The notes beneath the pieces were generated by a model, which worked only from the letters and a program-made list of their open reading frames with translations, was not told the DNA's origin and did not search any database. This document shows positions 58,804 through 64,000 of a DNA stretch of 64,000 nucleotides, in pieces (positions within the stretch are counted from its first letter, which is position 1; each line of letters opens with the position of its first letter). This DNA is from Thermoanaerobaculia bacterium (GTDB lineage Bacteria; Acidobacteriota; Thermoanaerobaculia; UBA2201; DAOSWS01). The stretch lies in NCBI GenBank assembly GCA_035593605.1, contig DAOSWS010000005.1:52834-116833 (forward strand), given 5' to 3'. Made by a program: the position numbers and the translations under genes.

Positions 58804-58850
58804 GGGTAGTAACTACTCACTTTTCTGGGTTCCGGTCAGACGATCTCGTT

Positions 58851-58881
58851 TTAAAAAAAACGCCCCGGCAAAGCCGGGGCG
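58851..58881 (-). terminator. rho-independent terminator of the 58905-64000 gene
   Basis: GCCCCGGCTTTGCCGGGGC hairpin on the minus strand followed by T8 (A8 at 58853-58860 on +). Lies 20 nt 3' of the TGA stop. Confidence 0.85.
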
Positions 58882-58904
58882 CTGAAGTTCTGCGGGAGAA
58901 AAGA

Positions 58905-61900
58905 TCAGTTGTAGGTAATGACGACCTTTCCGCCGGATTTGGTGACCATGACCGTATCCAGACCCTTGGTCAGTTCATAGAAGATCAACGGCTCAGCGCC
59001 CGGGTCAAGGTCATTGGTTTCATTGGGAAATGGATCGTTGGATAGGAATTGGGCCTTTTCCAGGTCACGCCCGGGGTTAAGACCGGGGTCGCCGGGGTAG
59101 GGCCGGAAGTTGAAGATCTCGGCGAAGGTTAATGTGGCTGCATCGTCGTTACGCAGGAGCCAGACGTCATCGACCCGAACCGTCTTGGTATCTGACGTGA
59201 CACATCCGTGAACGTCCGTGAACGTATAGGTAATGACGAATGTACCAACTCCCGCCAGAGTTGGACTGAATGTACCCAGTGAGCCATTGGTGATCCCGGT
59301 TCCAGACCAGATTCCTGACGCGGGAGAAGCGCCGCTCAGGTTGAAGGGATCGGCACCGAGCCACGTAATCTCATCGGCTCCCGCTTCGGTCGTGGTGTAG
59401 TACCACTGGCCGGTTGACGCCAGGGGATCCATATTGAAACAGGCCCCCGAAGCCGTGCCGCGGTCGGTGACCAAACAGTTGTAGGTGTGGGTTTCCGCGC
59501 CGCTGTGGGTTACGGAAAGAACGGTGTTGACCGACATGAAGATATCGGATATGTCCGCAACTCCACCGCCACCACATCCGCTCAGTTCAAAGATGTAGAG
59601 CTTGTAGTTCCCGGGACCGTGTGCCGGATCGTTGTAGAAAAGGGTGATGTCATAGGGTGCGGCTGAAGGAACGCCATAATCCTTCAGGACGATTCGATCC
59701 AGGTTTGGGGCTTCCAGTTCAATCCGCACACAGTTAAGAAGGTCGGTGGTTCCGCCAAGGATGTAGTAGACCCTGGCGATGTCGGCAGGCGGTGCGATGG
59801 TAAAACCGTTCAGGGTAAAGGCCTGTCCACCCGAGAGATCGTTATCCACGATGCCTGCCTGACCGGCTCTCCATGCTGCTTCTCCAGCTTCTCCGGGCAT
59901 GTCTGAGCCGTCTTCCTGCCACTGGGTGGTGTAAATTCCCGTCCCGCCCGTGGCGCGGACGATGAAGTCCAGGTACTCATCATAGCAGGTGGATGTCGTG
60001 GCGTTGGGTGTGACGTCAACTGAGACGCCCGTCACAACGGTAACGCTGGTGGTTTCGCTGTCGGAACATCCGTATCCGTCTTCCACGGTCAGGAGGTACG
60101 TTCCGCTGTTGGCTGTCGAAGCTCCGACGATCGTTGGATTCCTGTCAAAGGAGTCGAATCCGTTGGGACCGGTCCAGTGGTAGGAAACCATTCCGTCCGG
60201 GCCGCCGAATAGTTCGATGGTTTCACCTTCGCAGTAGGCGCCCGTGTTTGTAGCTGTGGCTACCGGGTCGGAGACTCGCACGTTCTTTGTGTCAGCGTTG
60301 AAGCAGGTACCGTCGAAGATCGTGTAGGTGAGGGTGTGAATCCCGGCTCCAGCCACGGCAGGGTTAAAGGTACCCAGGCCGGGGTTTGTGATTCCCGTAC
60401 CGCTCCAGACTCCGCCCGCAGGAGAAAAGCCGGTCATGTTGTAGGGCGGAGTGTTAATGCAGACATTATCATTGGAGCCTGCATCGACGGCCGGAAGCGC
60501 ATTGACGATAACGGTGGTTGATGTGCTGGCAATGCAGCCGTTGCTGTCTGTTACCGTCAGAGAGTAAGAACCGGCCTGTGCCAGGGTGATTCCCACGATC
60601 TGGGGGCTCTGTTGTGAACTCGTGTATCCATTAGGTCCTACCCAGCTGTATATGGACATACCCGCGGGGCCGCCAGTAAGCTGGAGGATTCCTCCTTCAC
60701 AAACCGGACCGTTATTGGAGGCGGTCACGGCCGGTGGAGCATTAACTGTTACCGTTGTCTGGGCCTGATCGGTGCAGCCTGCAGCATTGGTCACGGTCAG
60801 CGTGTAGACGCCATTATGAGAGGAAGTCGTTACGAGAATGGTTGGGCTCTGGAGTGAACTCGTGTATCCATTCGGTCCTGTCCAGCTGTAGGAGCTCATA
60901 CCGGCGGGACCGCCGATGAGTTGAACCGGAAATCCCTCGCAGACCGGGCCTGTGTTGGAAGCCGTGGCTGTGGGAGATGCATTAACCGTAACGGAGGTCG
61001 TCGTCTGATCGGTACAGCCATTGGCATCGGTTACTGTGAGCGTGTAGACACCCGCAGCCGCGGATGTGGCATCGGCAATGGTCGGGCTCTGGAGAGATGA
61101 CGTGAAGCCATTCGGTCCTGTCCAGGCATAGGAAGCCATGCTGTCGGGTTCACCGGTCAGGTCGATCGTATCACCTTCACAGTACGGTCCGCCGTTGGAG
61201 GCGGCAGCTGTTGGAGGTGTATTGACCACGACGGTCGTCGTATCCTGTCCGGTACATCCTCCGGAATTGGTTGCGGTCAGCGTGTAGTCTCCACCCATCG
61301 CCGCTGTTGCGGCCGGGATTGAAGGATTCTGTTCACTGGATGTAAATCCGTTCGGGCCGGTCCATGCGTAGGATGCCATGCTGTCCGGTGAACCGTTCAG
61401 CTGAATCGTGTCCCCCTCACAGTAGGGTCCGGTGTTCGAAGCTGTAGCCGTGACGCCAATATCGACAGTTACCGAAGTTGTTGCGTCATCGGTGCATCCA
61501 TCGGCATTCGTTACGGTAAGAGTATATACACCGGCCATTGCGGTTGTCGAAGAGAGAATCGAAGGACTCTGTTCACTGGAGGTATACCCGTTGGGACCTG
61601 TCCATGCGTAAGAGGACATCCCATCCGGACCGCCCGTGAGCTCGATGGTCTGGCCTTCGCAGTAGGGGCCGCCGTTGGAGGCCGAAGCCACCGGTGCGGT
61701 ATTCACCACCACCGTGGTTGTGTCCTGATTCGTGCATCCATCACCATCGGTGACGGTCAGCGTGTAGTCACCCGCCATGGCGACCGTTGCGGAGAGAATG
61801 GAAGGACTCTGTTCGCTGGATGTGTACCCGTTCGGACCCGTCCATGCATAGGTTGTCATGCCGTCGGGAGCACCGGTCAGCTGGATCGTGTCTCCTTCGC

Positions 61901-64000
61901 AGTAGGGACCGCCGTTCGTGGCCGTGGCTGTCGGCTGTGTCCATTCACCGGTGTTGCTGGTCAGGTCGGACGTGGCGCAGCCGGAGGTGGTGCCCAGGTC
62001 GCTGATGAGGCAGTTGTAAGCGTGACTCTGGGGCGTGGAGTAGGTGAGGGTCAGCTTGTGGTTGACCCCCATGAAGATATCGGAAATGTCCGCAGAACCG
62101 GTGTCGCATCCGGAAAGTTCCAGGACAATCAGATTGTAGTCGCCGGGGCCGTACGTATTGTAAAACCCCGTGATATCGAAGGGGGAAGCTGCGGCAACGC
62201 CGTAGTCTTTCACCACCAGACGGTCAAGCGTGGGGGCTTCCAGCTCGATCCGGACACAGTTCAGCAGGTCGGTGGTCCCGCCCAGTGTGTAGTAAAGTTC
62301 GGCAAGATCCGCAGGGGAAGCAATCGTGAAACCGTTCAGGGCAAAGGACGCACCGGCGGGATCGTTGTCGATCAAACCGGTAGCTCCCGTGTTCCAGGCG
62401 GCTTCACCCGTCTTGCCCGCCAGATCACCGCCATCTTCCTGCCACTGGAGACCGTAGATTCCCGATCCGCCGGAGGCAAAGACGTTGAAGGTGATGTTTT
62501 CATCGACGCAGGCCGAAGACGTGCCGTCGGGCGTGGCATCGACGGTCATCACCGTGTAGACAGATACCGTGGTTGTCTCAGCGTCAGAGCAGCCGTTGGC
62601 ATCGGTTACCGTCAGTGTGTAGACTCCTGCCTCTGCAGTGGTAGCGGATGCAATCGCGGGGCTCTGTTCCGAAGAGGTGAATCCGTTGGGGCCTGTCCAG
62701 GCATAGGTGGTCATTCCGTCGGGTCCGCCCGTCAGCTGGATCGTTTCCCCTTCGCAGTAGGGACCGCCATTGGAGGCCGTGGCCACCGGGGCTGCGTTCA
62801 CGACGACATCCGTCGTGTCCTGGCCGGTACAGCCGTTGGTGTCCGTGACCGTCAATGTGTAGGTGCCGGCTGCAGCCAGTGTCGCTGCCAGCGTTGGACT
62901 CTGCTGGTCGGAGGTGAATCCGTCCGGTCCGGTCCAGGCATAGATCGCCATGCTGTCCGGGGCGCCGGTGAGCTGGATCGTGTCACCCTCACAGTAGGGT
63001 CCGCCGTTGGAGGCCGCAGCCACCGGGGGCGTATTGACGACAACATCCGTCGTATCCTGACCCGTGCAGCCGCTTCCGTCCGTAATCGTCAGGGTATAGG
63101 TGCCTGCAGCCGCCAGGGTCGCGGGAACGGTTGGATTCTGTAATGCTGACGAGAATCCATCCGGTCCGGTCCAGGCATAGATCGCCATGCCGTCGGGAGC
63201 GCCGGTCAGCTGGATCGTGTCTCCCACGCAGTAGGGCCCGCCGTTGGTGGCCGTAGCTACCGGAGCCGCGTTCACGACAACGGTAGTCGTGTCCTGATTC
63301 GTGCATCCATCACCATCGGTGACGGTCAGCGTGTAGTCACCCGCCATGGCGACCGTTGCGGAGAGAATGGAAGGACTCTGTTCGCTGGATGTGTACCCGT
63401 TCGGACCCGTCCATGCATAGGTTGTCATGCCGTCGGGAGCACCGGTCAGCTGGATCGTGTCTCCTTCGCAGTAGGGACCGCCGTTCGTGGCCGTGGCTGT
63501 CGGCTGTGTCCATTCACCGGTGTTGCTGGTCAGGTCGGACGTGGCGCAGCCGGAGGTGGTGCCCAGGTCGCTGATGAGGCAGTTGTAAGCGTGACTCTGG
63601 GGCGTGGAGTAGGTGAGGGTCAGCTTGTGGTTGACCCCCATGAAGATATCGGAAATGTCCGCAGAACCGGTGTCGCATCCGGAAAGTTCCAGGACAATCA
63701 GATTGTAGTCGCCGGGGCCGTACGTATTGTAAAACCCCGTGATATCGAAGGGGGAAGCTGCGGCAACGCCGTAGTCTTTCACCACCAGACGGTCAAGCGT
63801 GGGGGCTTCCAGCTCGATCCGGACACAGTTCAGCAGGTCGGTGGTCCCGCCCAGTGTGTAGTAAAGTTCGGCAAGATCCGCAGGGGAAGCAATCGTGAAA
63901 CCGTTCAGGGCAAAGGACGCACCGGCGGGATCGTTGTCGATCAAACCGGTAGCTCCCGTGTTCCAGGCGGCTTCACCCGTCTTGCCCGCCAGATCACCGC
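58905..64000 (-). CDS. giant repeat-containing surface protein (SprB-like about 80-aa Ig-like repeats with Cys pair), 5' end beyond window
   Basis: At least 11 repeats of …NGGPYCEGDTIQLTG.PDGM..YAWTGPNG(F/Y)TS….P.I……AG.YTLTVTD.(N/D)GC…TTV.V… Three copies of a separate 150-aa module. C-terminal tail homologous to the neighbouring giant protein. The ORF is still open at the window edge. Confidence 0.7.
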   Translation of the reverse strand, partial: GDLAGKTGEAAWNTGATGLIDNDPAGASFALNGFTIASPADLAELYYTLGGTTDLLNCVRIELEAPTLDRLVVKDYGVAAASPFDITGFYNTYGPGDYNLIVLELSGCDTGSADISDIFMGVNHKLTLTYSTPQSHAYNCLISDLGTTSGCATSDLTSNTGEWTQPTATATNGGPYCEGDTIQLTGAPDGMTTYAWTGPNGYTSSEQSPSILSATVAMAGDYTLTVTDGDGCTNQDTTTVVVNAAPVATATNGGPYCVGDTIQLTGAPDGMAIYAWTGPDGFSSALQNPTVPATLAAAGTYTLTITDGSGCTGQDTTDVVVNTPPVAAASNGGPYCEGDTIQLTGAPDSMAIYAWTGPDGFTSDQQSPTLAATLAAAGTYTLTVTDTNGCTGQDTTDVVVNAAPVATASNGGPYCEGETIQLTGGPDGMTTYAWTGPNGFTSSEQSPAIASATTAEAGVYTLTVTDANGCSDAETTTVSVYTVMTVDATPDGTSSACVDENITFNVFASGGSGIYGLQWQEDGGDLAGKTGEAAWNTGATGLIDNDPAGASFALNGFTIASPADLAELYYTLGGTTDLLNCVRIELEAPTLDRLVVKDYGVAAASPFDITGFYNTYGPGDYNLIVLELSGCDTGSADISDIFMGVNHKLTLTYSTPQSHAYNCLISDLGTTSGCATSDLTSNTGEWTQPTATATNGGPYCEGDTIQLTGAPDGMTTYAWTGPNGYTSSEQSPSILSATVAMAGDYTLTVTDGDGCTNQDTTTVVVNTAPVASASNGGPYCEGQTIELTGGPDGMSSYAWTGPNGYTSSEQSPSILSSTTAMAGVYTLTVTNADGCTDDATTSVTVDIGVTATASNTGPYCEGDTIQLNGSPDSMASYAWTGPNGFTSSEQNPSIPAATAAMGGDYTLTATNSGGCTGQDTTTVVVNTPPTAAASNGGPYCEGDTIDLTGEPDSMASYAWTGPNGFTSSLQSPTIADATSAAAGVYTLTVTDANGCTDQTTTSVTVNASPTATASNTGPVCEGFPVQLIGGPAGMSSYSWTGPNGYTSSLQSPTILVTTSSHNGVYTLTVTNAAGCTDQAQTTVTVNAPPAVTASNNGPVCEGGILQLTGGPAGMSIYSWVGPNGYTSSQQSPQIVGITLAQAGSYSLTVTDSNGCIASTSTTVIVNALPAVDAGSNDNVCINTPPYNMTGFSPAGGVWSGTGITNPGLGTFNPAVAGAGIHTLTYTIFDGTCFNADTKNVRVSDPVATATNTGAYCEGETIELFGGPDGMVSYHWTGPNGFDSFDRNPTIVGASTANSGTYLLTVEDGYGCSDSETTSVTVVTGVSVDVTPNATTSTCYDEYLDFIVRATGGTGIYTTQWQEDGSDMPGEAGEAAWRAGQAGIVDNDLSGGQAFTLNGFTIAPPADIARVYYILGGTTDLLNCVRIELEAPNLDRIVLKDYGVPSAAPYDITLFYNDPAHGPGNYKLYIFELSGCGGGGVADISDIFMSVNTVLSVTHSGAETHTYNCLVTDRGTASGACFNMDPLASTGQWYYTTTEAGADEITWLGADPFNLSGASPASGIWSGTGITNGSLGTFSPTLAGVGTFVITYTFTDVHGCVTSDTKTVRVDDVWLLRNDDAATLTFAEIFNFRPYPGDPGLNPGRDLEKAQFLSNDPFPNETNDLDPGAEPLIFYELTKGLDTVMVTKSGGKVVITYN
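61720..62431. repeat. exact intragenic direct repeat copy 1 (partner 63289-64000, period 1569 bp)
   Basis: 61722-62431 is nucleotide-identical to 63291-64000 as far as the window allows. Identity is confirmed by the identical 72-aa frame-artifact ORFs 61787-62005 and 63356-63574. Sequence upstream of the left boundary differs. Confidence 0.85.
63289..64000. repeat. exact intragenic direct repeat copy 2 (truncated by window edge)
   Basis: See copy 1. Confidence 0.85.

Noticed and set aside
62022-63143. 373-aa plus-strand ORF and the duplicated 72-aa ORFs (61787-62005, 63356-63574)
   Set aside because: Antisense or off-frame readings of the repeat-protein gene, with Gly/Arg-rich nonsense. Their only use is to show that the two DNA segments are identical.
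52846-64000. Possible CRISPR array suggested by repetitive DNA
   Set aside because: The repeats are long, coding, imperfect and in frame (protein domain repeats). There is no short repeat-spacer periodicity and no cas genes.

Overview
This is a 64-kb bacterial chromosomal window, about 57% GC, densely coded, with no rRNA, tRNA, CRISPR array or transposase that I can recognise. Most of it is housekeeping or metabolic: recO, glyQ, glyS, ppdK and mutL in a row; polyamine genes (speH, speE and two ureohydrolases); a cyclophilin; thioredoxin-like genes; and an NfeD/SPFH pair.

The window is unusually rich in secreted or envelope peptidases: a tricorn-like protease, an M1 aminopeptidase, an M2/M3-like carboxypeptidase and a transglutaminase-like protein.

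Five regions stand out:
- At the left edge is a three-gene operon: a monoheme cytochrome c, an outer-membrane beta-barrel with a coiled-coil N-terminus, and an octaheme cytochrome c. This is a candidate porin-cytochrome electron conduit.
- An archaeal-type HMG-CoA synthase, a thiolase and a DUF35 scaffold protein are translationally coupled to a lone methylcrotonyl-CoA-carboxylase beta (LiuB-like) carboxyltransferase.
- A 1.7-kb low-GC cassette (about 9.7-11.3 kb) encodes a small 4-TM membrane protein and a secreted beta-rich protein, both of unknown function.
- A 1881-aa sensor with around ten PAS domains plus GAF, GGDEF and EAL domains sits next to a minimal FHA-Fis regulator.
- At the right end are two adjacent giant minus-strand genes. 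One (1887 aa) is dominated by Asp-rich thrombospondin-type-3-like Ca-binding repeats. The other (>1679 aa) runs off the window and is built from about 80-aa Ig-like repeats with two conserved Cys, resembling SprB, plus a 150-aa module present three times. It also contains a nucleotide-exact direct repeat of at least 710 nt with a 1569-bp period. The two proteins share an approximately 90-aa C-terminal tail (LLRND ... PLxFYEL ... K(V/I)x(V/I)T(F/Y)xN) that looks like an undescribed C-terminal sorting or secretion signal.
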